Positions 21,655 through 36,428 of a stretch of 64,000 bases of DNA are shown here, in pieces. Both the position numbers and the translations under genes were made by a program. The first letter of the stretch is position 1. Each line of letters starts with the position of its first letter. The notes beneath the pieces are model-generated. The model did not search any database, had not been told where the DNA came from, and saw only the letters and a list, made by a program, of their open reading frames with translations. Source of the stretch: the human T2T-CHM13v2.0 reference genome, Homo sapiens. The stretch is taken from NCBI RefSeq assembly GCF_009914755.1, contig NC_060926.1; one strand, given 5' to 3'.

Positions 21655-21803
21655 GGAAGAAATGATTTCCCTTGGGGATGGAGACATCAGGACCATGTGC
21701 CCCCTTCTGTCTATGAAACCTGGAGAATATTCTTATTTCAGTCCTCGGACCATGTCGATGTGGGCTGGCCCGGATCACTGGCGCTTTAGGCCTCGACGCA
21801 AAC
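21655..21803 (+). CDS. NCAPH: NCAPH exon 10
   Basis: ttacag|GGAAGA ... AAAC|gtatgt; EEMISLG...EYSYF...[14 protein letters not shown]. Confidence 0.96.
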
Positions 21804-22752
21804 GTATGTAATTCTAGGTGGAATTTTAAGAAAAGAAGTAGTGTAGATGACCAGCCAGTCAGCAGTTAGCCAAGGAAAAGAAATGCCAGTCACAGCCCTG
21901 TTGTGTCTCTTAATAAGCCGAGGAAGCATACAGATGAGCCAGCCTCCTGGTTGGTCAGTTTGCCTGGCCTGGGATGAAGGGACAGTGAAAATGGAAGCCT
22001 CTGAGTGAGGAGAGTGAGTACTGGAGTCAGGAGAACTGGACTCCCAGCCTCACACTGCTCCCTAGTATCCACATGACTTCACTCAGTGGTCACGGGTGGG
22101 CATGACCCCCGGGCACTAGAGGGCACACAGGAGCTACTGCACATGTTGGCATTCTGTAGAACTCCAAAGGGCTGTGCTGACCTTATGTGTTTTGCATTGT
22201 CTCTTTGAAAGAAAGGGATAAGCATCTGTTGTTTTATGTTTTGTTTTGCTTTTGAGACAGGGTCTCACACTGTCACCCAGGCTGAAGTGCAGTGGTGAAT
22301 CATGGCTTACTGCAGCCTTGACCTCCTGGGCTTAAGCGTCCTCCCACCTCAGCCTTCTGAATAGCTGGGACTGCAAGGGCATGCCAGCATGCTCAGTTAA
22401 TTTTTAAATTTTCCATAGTGATGGGATCCCGCTTTGTTGCCTAGGCTGGTCTCGACTCCTGGCCTCAAGTGATCCTCCTGCCTTAGCCTCCCAAAGTGTT
22501 GGGATTACAGGCATGAGCCACTGCACCTGGCCAAGCATATGTTTCTGATGTGTTTTCTTAGCCAAAACACAAATTATAAGTTTAGGATGAAAAGAGGGTG
22601 TGTGATTGAGCACTCCTACTGTTGTGATGCTCAGACACAATGCTGCCTTGTGGTTTTGATAAGCCTTGATAAGGCTGTCAGCAGATCTTGTGAAATGAGT
22701 AAATAGTTTAGGCCACAGAAGTGAAGTGCTGACGTCTGTGTTCACTCTGCAG

Positions 22753-22859
22753 AAGATGCTCCTTCCCAATCAGAAAACAAAAAGAAGAGTACAAAAAAAG
22801 ATTTTGAAATTGACTTTGAAGATGATATTGACTTTGATGTATATTTTAGAAAAACAAAG
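22753..22859 (+). CDS. NCAPH: NCAPH exon 11
   Basis: ctgcag|AAGATG ... ACAAAG|gtttgt; (Q)[11 protein letters not shown]...FRKTK. Confidence 0.95.
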
Positions 22860-23197
22860 GTTTGTACTGAATTTATTAGGATTGTGCTTACTCGTTTTTC
22901 CCTTTCAGATGTGATTTTTTAAAATTCCGTATAAATTTAACTGTTAGAGCAAACAGATGGTTTCATTCTTCCTTGTTCCTTAAACGCACTATTAAGAAAT
23001 AGTCCTAAACTCAGTGGCAGAAAGAATCAAATTTAGAATAAAAAGAATAATGCTAGCAAAATCACTTTTTTACATAGAACTGTGAGACTGATGGTAGACT
23101 CATGCTGCCCAAACCCTTCCCAGACTGCTTTAAAAAAAGTAAGATGTTTTGCCCACTGTTAAAATGCCTAAAACACTTTTTTTAAAAAAATTAATAG

Positions 23198-23320
23198 GCT
23201 GCTACTATTCTGACCAAGTCCACTTTGGAGAACCAGAATTGGAGAGCTACCACCCTTCCTACAGATTTCAACTACAATGTTGACACTCTGGTCCAGCTTC
23301 ACCTCAAACCAGGCACCAGG
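23198..23320 (+). CDS. NCAPH: NCAPH exon 12
   Basis: taatag|GCTGCT ... ACCAGG|gtaagc; AATILTKS...TTLPTDFNY...KPGTR. Confidence 0.95.
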
Positions 23321-23593
23321 GTAAGCCTATTTCTTGGTTCCTTTAAGCACACAAGGTATCAAGTGGCTGATAGTATGACAGTTAGGCAGTGCCTTTGAGG
23401 AAAAGGGAGAATGTGAGGAGTGGTATGTGTTAGCCAAAGCGTGTTGCCAGGAAATCAAATAGATAAGGCAAAGAAAGCTAAAAGGAAAGGCTTATATGAT
23501 GGACACACAGTAAACACTTGGAAATACCTTACCTGGCAAGAATGCTGGATACTGAAGCCTCCATGCTGAAATTCAGGGGGGCAGTGAGTGTAG

Positions 23594-23978
<385 letters not shown>

Positions 23979-24359
23979 TGAAGTTGTGGATTTACTCACC
24001 AATTGCTTTATACAGTGAGGTTGCCTTACTCATGATCCAAGTCGAAGCGAGCCCAAGGTGACACACGGGCTCACATCCTCAGGAAGTCTCCTAGGGCTCT
24101 ACAGGCTGCTGGGGCTCCTTCTGAGATTGTCACATGGAGCCTTCTGAATTACCTGGTGTTGCACCCTGATTACTGCCTCCTTCATTTGCCTGGGGCTCTT
24201 CTCACATGTCCCTGCTGACAGGGTAAGCAGTGGTTCGTGTAAACCATTCCATTCACATCCTCTGCTTACTTGCATTACTGGTTCTCCTACTCTCATGGAG
24301 TGTATTAAGACTTTATACTTTCCTCTTTATTTTGCCTGTTTTTCCACAAGATTTTAATG

Positions 24360-24360
24360 A

Positions 24361-24392
<32 letters not shown>

Positions 24393-24408
24393 CACATATA
24401 TATGTATA

Positions 24409-24453
<45 letters not shown>
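24360..24453. repeat. Interrupted (TA)n microsatellite followed by poly-T
   Basis: Directly visible. Confidence 0.95.
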
Positions 24454-24854
24454 CCCTGAATTGACTGATATTACACATTCTATTTGTTTTTTTGTATTTT
24501 TTTTTAGAGACAGGGTCTTGCTCTGTTGCCCAGGCCATAGTCCAGTGGTGTAATTGGAGCTCATTGTAACTTTGAACTCCTGGATTCAAGCAGTCATCCT
24601 GCCTCAGCCTCCCAAAGTACAGGGATTACAGGCGTGAGCCGTTACACCTGGCCTCACATTCTGTTTTTATAAACTAACCAAGATATGTTTTTCTTTCTGA
24701 TCAATATTGTTTACTTCAATAGAAATACTCTTTTTTTTTCAGTCCTAGCTACTTGGGGGCCTGAGGCTATAGTAAGCTATGATCATGCCAGTGCACTCCA
24801 GCCTGGGGGACAAAGTGAGGCCTCATCTCAGAAAAGCAAAACAAAAAAAAAATT

Positions 24855-25910
<1,056 letters not shown>

Positions 25911-27090
25911 TGGAAGTGCCTGTATTAAACACTGGACATTTGGCTAGGGACACCTGAGAGTGTGCCCAGAGGAGAGTATTCTAAATGAAGATGCAGTTAG
26001 AAGTTGTGTCATATGAAGAACAGTGGAAGAAAATGGGGCGTTTCTTAATTCAAGTATTTATTGTTTAGTAGTAGTTTTGGATTTGTTACAAGCACATTGT
26101 GGGTTTATTTGAGTTGTTTTTGAGGCACAGAATTATATTAAAATATTCAGTGTGCTCTTGTAAACTGTGCACATCTCCAGTCACATTTCTCCTACTTCAG
26201 AGATTTATATATCAAGTAGAAATCACTGGTCTAAGGAAGGACCTGCAAATATTTGAAAGACTGTGATCCATAGGCACTCGTAAAAGAGGAGCCTCATTCC
26301 ACGAGGCTCTGGAATACAGAATGAGGATGATGGATGTAATTAGAGGGAAGAGCTGGATGTCTCTCCTTGTTGCCATGTAGGGAACAGTGGTTTCCATTCA
26401 GGAATGAGACAGGCTGTTAATTAAGGTAATGGGTTTTCCTTTTTTTTTTTAAAGACAGGGTCTCAGGCTGGAGTGCAGTGGTATGAGTATGGCTCAGTGC
26501 AGCCTCAACCCCTGGGCTCAAATGATCCTCCTGCCTCAGCCTCCTGAGTAGCTGAGACCACAGGCACACAGCACCATGCCATCTTTTTTTGTAGAGATGG
26601 GGTCTCACTGTGTTGCCCAACGCTAGTCTCAAAATTCCTAGGCTCAAGCAGTTCTCCCACCTCAGCCTCTCAAAATGCTGGGATTACAGGTGTGAGTCAC
26701 CGTGCCTGGCTGGTAATGGGTTTTCTGTCAAAATTGTTCAAGTGCAACAAGGTGACTTTCAGAAAGCTGGAGGGTAGATTTTCCAACTTTTGTTTTTAGT
26801 GAAGGAACCCTTTTTCAGGTAAAACTGTGCAGAAGGCCTAATTGCCAGTCACACAGAAATAGAGCTGCTCTGGTTTATTTGGGATTGGTAGAGATGCTGA
26901 GCCCTGCTACTCCAGGTTTGCACTGTATAGTGGAAAAGTCTGTTAGACTTAGATGACTTGTGAGGGCCCTTCTGACTCTAAAATTGTATAATTCTAGGAG
27001 GAGATTGGGCATAGGAATTAAGATTTACTTCTCTAACCTAGTTCAGTAGCTTTTAACAAAATAGCTTTCTGCATTTATTCTTTCCTTTAG

Positions 27091-27201
27091 TTACTTAAGA
27101 TGGCCCAGGGCCATAGGGTAGAGACTGAGCATTATGAAGAAATTGAAGACTATGATTACAACAACCCTAACGACACCTCCAACTTTTGCCCTGGATTACA
27201 G
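27091..27201 (+). CDS. NCAPH: NCAPH exon 13
   Basis: ctttag|TTACTT ... TTACAG|gtaaag; LLKMAQG...[17 protein letters not shown]. Confidence 0.96.
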
Positions 27202-28485
27202 GTAAAGGGGGGAAAGGGGCTCTGTCCTCTCTTCTAAGCCAGGGAGTCGTTTTTCTCTGCTTCTCATGTCCCCATTTTATATGGTGGGAGACTGTTGGCA
27301 ATTTTGAATCCAGTGGAGGTTTTCTGGGTAAAGGGTCTGCCTTCCACCCAGTGCAGGGAGCTGAGCAGAGTCAAGGAAACAGCCTCACCTTGGCCTGCCT
27401 TACCTCACATCCTACATGCAGGAAGCAAATGGCCACACTCAAGTGAATGCGTCGACATGTGGATGGGTGTTTAGCCTCTGCTACAAAGTACTAATCTTGG
27501 CTGTTGTGGGATTTCAAAGGAATATAAACACTTTGTCCTCTTATGAGCTAATATTTTGGCCAGGTAGACAACCAGATCACACCATATGTGATCTGGTGTG
27601 GCAAAAAATAAGTCTTCGGGGTGTATCTCAGATGACCAGATTTCTAGCTGTGAATGCAGTTCTCATATTGCAAGCTTGCTGTGAACTTGTACAAGCCACC
27701 CCCCATCTTTAGATCACGGTTTAGACTAAATAATTTCCATATCCCTTCTCTGAGTCTACTGATGAGATGGCTAATACAGGTAACAGAAACTGGAAAAATA
27801 GGCTTCATCTGTGTCCCTGTATGTGGAAAGGGGGGAACGAACTGGAAAAAAATGTATTCACCTTATTTTCTTACTTAGGAAGAGAGTTAGGCTGTTATAT
27901 TTTAGTGAAAATCCAGACTGACCTCTTGACTAGTGCTTCTCAAACTTTAACTTACATACAAATCACCCAGGGAGCCTATTTAAGGACTGATTCCTGACCT
28001 GTGTCCCCCCACCCCACCCCCTGCCCGAAGATACTGATACATTCACTCTGGATGTGATCGCAAAAATGACTTTCTCACCTGCTTCTGGGTGGTATGCCTG
28101 CTACTGACCAGATGGCCCCAGGAATCTCCTGTGCTTTCCTTGGGTGATATGTTCAGGTCATATCTCCGGTATTTGAGGAATGTTTCTGTAAAATGAAATC
28201 CTAAATTTGTTAGAAGCTGAAGGGGGGACATAGTGGCAATTATGGTTATCGAATTCCTTTTAACTCCCGCTCAAAAGGTCTTAGGTTGATAACAGACACC
28301 TCTCTAATAGGGTTTACGTGAAACAGGATGATAACTAGAGGCACCTAGAAGTTCATCGTAGTGTAACTCACTGAGTGAACCATCAGATGGTCTCTTCTTG
28401 CTTTGTAAACATGGAGTCTATTTCAAGGGTGTTTCTGAGCTCCTCTGCAGCGTCCACCAAACTCGAAGAGCTGTTTCTTGCCCAG

Positions 28486-28668
28486 GCTGCTGACAGTGAT
28501 GATGAAGATTTGGATGACTTATTTGTGGGACCTGTTGGGAACTCTGACCTCTCACCTTATCCTTGCCATCCACCTAAGACAGCACAACAGAATGGTGACA
28601 CTCCAGAAGCCCAAGGATTAGACATCACAACATATGGGGAGTCAAACTTGGTAGCTGAGCCTCAGAAG
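28486..28668 (+). CDS. NCAPH: NCAPH exon 14
   Basis: gcccag|GCTGCT ... CAGAAG|gtacgg; [11 protein letters not shown]...LVAEPQK. Confidence 0.96.
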
Positions 28669-29206
28669 GTACGGATGAAACAGCTGAGAATTACATTGTT
28701 TGCCTGAAATCTATTTAATTGTCTCTTATATGAGAGTCACGCAATCTGAGCTTGATTTCTTTTCTTCTCAGTTTTAACCTGTTGCTCTCCAAGTTTTAAA
28801 TAGGGTTGTGGGAGTGAGCTGATGCTAATTAGGTTTGTGTGGAACTGACCATCTCTCCAAAGACCTTGATAAGACATGTAACTAGGGAGGAACTGGTCAC
28901 CCAAATAAGGCATATGAATGAAGGCTGCAGGCAGAGAATATAAATTTATATGCTAATTCAGCAAGGCTAGCTAGCTAGCTGTGTGGCTCTGAAAAATCTT
29001 GGCCAAATTCAGTTTGTATTAAATTATCATGTATTAAACATTTATCTCTTCCATACCAGGTGGCAGGCTTTATGCTTGCCTTTATATTTGATTCATTTAT
29101 CTCTTTTACACTGGAATTCCAGTTAGCCTTAATGTAGATTGCACTGGATTGAAAAGAAATTAGATTTGATATGAGGGACTCTATATAGTGTCCAAAGAGA
29201 GCTCTG

Positions 29207-31292
<2,086 letters not shown>

Positions 31293-31581
31293 TTATTACT
31301 GCTTTTTTTTCTTGTTTGTTTTCAGGGCACCCTAGGACACTCTTTGCAGTGTGTCCTTTACCAGGGTGATGCTGGCTGTTGACATCCATGTTTACCACAA
31401 TGTCATTAGAGCAGAGCTGAGGCACTGGTTCTCTTTGTAGATCCTTTTTCTTCAAAATAACTAAGAAATTTGTTTTCATTTTGTTTAGGTATAGACTTTT
31501 TGGTGACACAACTTTATTTTTGTTGCCCTTTCAAAAGTGCACTAGCCCTAACTGTCCGATGTATAAATGTGCTTCTGTTAG

Positions 31582-31673
31582 GCAAACCACAGGGAAGCTG
31601 GAAAAGAAGCGGCCCTGGCAGAAGTGGCTGACGAGAAGATGCTTAGCGGGCTCACGAAGGACCTGCAGAGGAG
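31582..31673 (+). CDS. NCAPH: NCAPH exon 16
   Basis: tgttag|GCAAAC ... AGGAG|gtgcgg; ANHREAGKE...KDLQR(S). Confidence 0.95.
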
Positions 31674-32034
31674 GTGCGGGCTGGCAGGCATGGGGGCTTT
31701 GTTGGGGCTCACCTCTCTGAGCTGTCCGCGTGGCAGGCCTTCCACACACAACCTGTTTCCTATGACATTTATAGTGGCTGTTCTGTTTTCTCTCTGTGTT
31801 GACAGATAATACAGACCAACTTTTAAAAAGGCGTTTTTCTGTGTCAGTGATCAGAGTGTAACAGGAGATATTTTATCTCAAATAAGAAACTAGAAAAATC
31901 TGCTTATAAAATGCATCTGAAAGATTTGTTTCTCATTAGTTTAGTCATTGCATGTGTGTATTATTCATACTTGATGAACGAGCTTTTGTTCTAACAGTTG
32001 GCAGTGACCTAAATACTTGCCCCTTTCTTTCCAG

Positions 32035-32110
32035 CCTGCCCCCTGTCATGGCTCAGAACCTCTCCATACCTCTGGCTTTTGCCTGTCTCCTACATTTAGC
32101 CAATGAAAAG
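32035..32110 (+). CDS. NCAPH: NCAPH exon 17
   Basis: ttccag|CCTGCC ... GAAAAG|gtaggt; [25 protein letters not shown] (C-terminal winged-helix motif). Confidence 0.96.
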
Positions 32111-34892
32111 GTAGGTAATTAAGGTAAGCATGGGAGTATTAGAGTATTCCCTGTTTATGTCAACTCATTTAGCTTTGTATTTGATCTTTCATGGGCTAAC
32201 ATAGGATTTCTTAAATACAGTGACTTATGTAGCACCTTCAACCCAAATGATTAGCCAGGCATCTAGAAGTAACTTAGGAAAAAGCCATCAGGTTTGATTA
32301 GCAATGAAAATAGCACAGAGGACCCAAATAGTAAGATTTTAGATGATGGAATTGTGATCGGTAAGTTCCCCAGCCTAAGAACACGAGGTGCTTTTACTTC
32401 ACGGGGTGTCAAAGACTTTAAAGGCCAAAGCCTAGTAGTACCAAAGTCAAGACATATGGGAGACATGGCAGAGAGAAGAGGAGAGAAATGAGGATGAAAA
32501 GAAAACAGTTGCAGAAAGAGAAGAGTACTAAAATATGGAGGTAACAGTCAGAAAAGTCAAGCTGTGTGTCACAAGGAAGGAGAATCCTGAAGTGCCAGCT
32601 GGGTCAGCGTGGCAGACTCCTGTGCTAGGCCAGCCAACAGCTGCATAGCCATGGGACAGCTGTGGAAAGAGCAGAGGAGGGCACTCATTTTCTCAGGAGC
32701 CGAGTGGTACTACCCAGGGATACCACAGAGAGGGCAGCCAGCAGCAAGCCCACACATTTGAGCATCACTGAACACTTGGTATCCATTAGGGTCCCCAGCC
32801 AGCTGATGCACAGCCCAGCCTTTGGCACGTGCAGTAGAGGGCTATGGGCTGGGCCATGGCGTGTGCGGCAAGCACCACCCTGGGGCTGGGGCACCATGGC
32901 CATGGTGTGCACCAACACTGTCAACTCCCCAGGAGGAGGGGGTGGGCACTGGAGTGCAGTTACTATGTGAACGCCGAAATGTGGTTTTGGAGGGTGATTA
33001 TGGGAATGGAATGGTAGCAAAAATGGGGTGCTGGTGGAAGCATCCAGGATTTCCTACATGCCAACATGTGACCTCTGGCCTCCTAATGAAATCAGGAGCA
33101 GTGAGGATTGGCTCCATTTTCCAGGTCTGACTCTGCTTTGGAGAGAAGTTGCCCTGGCCTGTGTGGCACAGCCATCAGCCAATCCCAGTGACCTACCACT
33201 GGAAGTCAGAGACCAATTTTTCTCTTGTCAATACCTTGCTTAGCTGACAACCTCATGAAGAAGAAGAAACTGTCCAGTTAGCAGAAGCTAGTTTTGATTC
33301 TGGGTGGGGAGCAGGTGTAGAAGAGCCACTGGGCCAGGACCAAGTGCTGTATGTCTCCAACTACTGTGCTGACCATTGGGCTTGTAACCACCAGTCTGGG
33401 TGTTCAAACCTGAGGCCTAAGTTGAAGAGCCCAGTGTAGTTCCCAAGAAGGAATGATTGTGCATCAGAGCCCTTGGGAATGGTTTTAACCCAGGAATGCT
33501 GAACTTGCATGGCTGCTGTTGGGGGGCAGTAAGGCGGTGACCGGTGACTGCGGAGAGAGGACATGCCCTGTTCACAAGCCTGTGAAGGCAGACATGCCCG
33601 TGGTTATGGGAGGTGGTAGTTCCTATACCTGACACATCCTAAAGCATCTGATATCACATGCAAACTATATGAAGAATGACTAAGAAAATAAAAAATAAAT
33701 TATTATCATTGTTCTGACAAGAAATCTACAAGTGGCTCTGCTGAGGATATACCATCTGAGGTGGGTGGTGTGCAGGCCATCCATCTCTCTGACTTGAGAA
33801 GTGTCGGGGGAGGCCTGGAATCTCATTCGCACACCATCCTGGTGGAAATAGGTGCTGGTGACTCTCCAACATGGGTGCTGGTCTCCTAGCACATCAGGCT
33901 CCTAGGCTGGCCTCCAAAGCTCAGAAACCCTTCTGAGTCCAATTTAAGAGTGTTACTGCTTTCGCTCATCAGCCCCAGCCTGAAGGTCAGAGTGCTTCTC
34001 TGGGTGGTGTGTCTCCACAGAAACCTGACTTGAGAGAGCGGCTTCATGGCCCTCACTTGTTTCTTAAGGAGTCAGGCCAGGCCAACACTGCTAAGAAATA
34101 TTAGTGACTCTGCGGCTTCACTGAGGTCGTGCTGCTCCGACTCCAGCTCTGCACCCCTGCTCTCAGTGGCAGTGCAGGCATGTTCATTTTGCTGTGATCA
34201 AGTCTCTTTTTAAGGGTCCCAGAGCTCTTGGTGTTTGAAGAATGGTGGGTGGCTACAGCCCATGACTTGTTGGGCTGAGCACCGAGGCCATTACTGGGGC
34301 CTGGCTTTGGGCTGTTTGAGAAAACTGGGCTTGTAACATTAGCCACAACAGTTACTGTTATAATCTACAGGGATCTGTGATAACTCAACACTTAGAGCCA
34401 CCAAGAGAAATATTCTCAACGCTTCACAGCAGAACTTGACCTCCTCTTGGACTTCTTTCTCTCCATCTTTCACTCCCGTCTGGAGTCTGTTCCTCCACCA
34501 CTGTGATAACAGTCTCCCCTCACATAGCCAGGCAGTGTGTGGGGCTTAGGAGCCAGTGATGGACGTGAGGCCCTCTGCCTTCATGTCTCTGCATGTTAGC
34601 AGTGTGCAACTACCAGAACCTGAGCTGCAGAAAACCCGCGAGGTGTGACTTGAGCGTTCTGTCTTTAGTGGCAAGGAAAGGTGCGAGTGACTGTTGAGCC
34701 CTGGCACATCCCATCTGCCTCCAGTGCAGAGCCAGGGCAGGCTGGTTGTGGTGAAGTTCGTCAGGAAAGGTCTCATAGCTGCTTAGTCCTGAGGGAAACA
34801 CTGCCTGGGGTTGGGGAAGAGCTGGGAGGTAGGTAGGGAAAGGCCTGTGCAGAGACTGGCAGGAGGTCACTGCTGTCAGGAACTAATGGAGA

Positions 34893-35052
34893 GATGGGGC
34901 AGTGGGGTAGTTGAGGGGTGCCTGGAGGAGGTGCGCGTGGATGGGGTTAATACAGTAGTCCCCTAGTTTCCATGGATGGGGCATTGGGGCAGTTGGGGGT
35001 GCCTGGAGGAGGCATGCATGGTTGGGGTTAATATAGTAGCCCCCTGTTTCCA
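34893..35052. repeat. ~82-bp G-rich tandem duplication
   Basis: gatggggca(g/t)tgggg...gcctggaggagg...ggggttaata(c/t)agtag..cccct.gtttcca occurs twice. Confidence 0.9.
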
Positions 35053-35562
35053 CAATTTCACTTTCCATGGTTTCAGTTACCCACAGTCACCCATGGTCTG
35101 AAAATACTAAGTGGAAATCCAGAAATAAACAGTTCATAAGTTTTAAGTTGCAACTCTTCTGAGTAGTGTGATGAAATGTCACCATGTCCCGCTCCATCCT
35201 GCCCCGGATCTGAACCGTCCCTGTGTCCAACAGATCCACACTGCAGACGTGGCTCTCCCATTAGTCACTTGGTAGCCATCTCAGTTCCCAGGTCAACTGT
35301 TGGTGGTACTGCAGTGCTTGTGTTCCATTCCCTCTTATTTGACTTAATTTTTCTATTTTATTATTAGTTATTGTTAATCTCTTACTGTGCCTAATTTGTA
35401 AATTAAACTTGATCATAAGTATGTATGTATAGGAAAAAACAAGGTATATTTGTGTATACATATATATAAAAATCATATATGTGTATTTGATTTGGTACTA
35501 TATGAGTTCAGGCATCCACCGGGGGCCTTGGAACACCCCTCGAGGATAAGGGGGGACGACTG
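35032..35562. mobile_element. MER44-like (Tigger7-derived) MITE
   Basis: TIR-like ends tagtagccccct ... ggataagggggggacgactg and characteristic internal sequence. Confidence 0.75.
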
Positions 35563-35901
35563 ACTATATGTATGTGTTGTGGCTCCTCATGACCTCCCAT
35601 CTGCCTCCATTAGCATCTTCAGGGCAGACGGCTCAGCTCTTAGGCCCTTTATAGGGGGTGGGTTGCAGGAATCAGAGCCAGAGAAGGCTTGCTTTTTGCT
35701 TTTTCACCTAAGTCATTTTGTTATAACAAGGATTGGGAATCAGGTTTTTCATGCAAATTATACTTGCTATGAAACAGTTTTTCTTATAATCATGGGACAA
35801 ACTTTCTTCTTTGTAGTCACTACCTTGTGACTGTGATTGGAATTTATGATTCTTTTATTCTCCGTATACCAAAGTCCATGCATGTTTTGGTCTTCCCTCA
35901 G

Positions 35902-35961
35902 AATCTAAAACTGGAAGGAACAGAGGACCTCTCTGATGTTCTTGTGAGGCAAGGAGATTGA
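35902..35961 (+). CDS. NCAPH: NCAPH exon 18, coding part with stop
   Basis: cctcag|AATCTA ... GGAGAT TGA; NLKLEGTEDLSDVLVRQGD*. Confidence 0.96.
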   Translation, partial: NLKLEGTEDLSDVLVRQGD

Positions 35962-36422
35962 GTTCACTATGGAGAAGTCAGCAGCAGGAGGCCCATCCCT
36001 TACTCAGTTGCCGGGACATCCCCAGTCTCGGGGGAAGAAGATGCCATGGGCTTATACCCAGGCTGTAGCCAACTACCAACGTGCCTGTTTGTTTGTTGCT
36101 CTTTCCTTCTCTCCATCATAGTCTGGGTGCCAGCGCCCTGAAGCTCCGTGCTCAACTGATTAAACTTTACTGCCCTATGGTGACCATCTAGGAGAGGGGA
36201 GGGCAGAGGGGGTGAGGGTACTATTCTGGATTGAGAAAACCTATATCCATTCTTTATATCAATGTATAGTTTTAGTCTCCTAAATTGATCTGTTATTTTC
36301 CAAACTATTCTCTTGTAGAAAATTTTCCAGTGGGCACTTAATGGTGCCCTTGAAGAACTTCCTAATCCATGTACATAAAATACATCATATGTACACTTAT
36401 AAATGTATATAGAATGCTCAAA

Positions 36423-36428
36423 AATAAA
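36423..36428 (+). terminator. Candidate proximal poly(A) signal of NCAPH
   Basis: AATAAA ~460 nt after the stop, preceded by three TGTA (CFIm-type) motifs at 36370, 36390 and 36404; a weaker ATTAAA lies at 36159-36164. Confidence 0.6.

Noticed and set aside
28441-28485. Alternative acceptor ctctgcag 35 nt upstream of exon 14
   Set aside because: Out of frame, and such decoy AGs are common; no sequence evidence of use
32250-32366. Consensus donor CG|GTAAGT at 32360/32361 with a short purine-rich ORF in intron 17
   Set aside because: No upstream acceptor with a pyrimidine tract and no recognisable peptide
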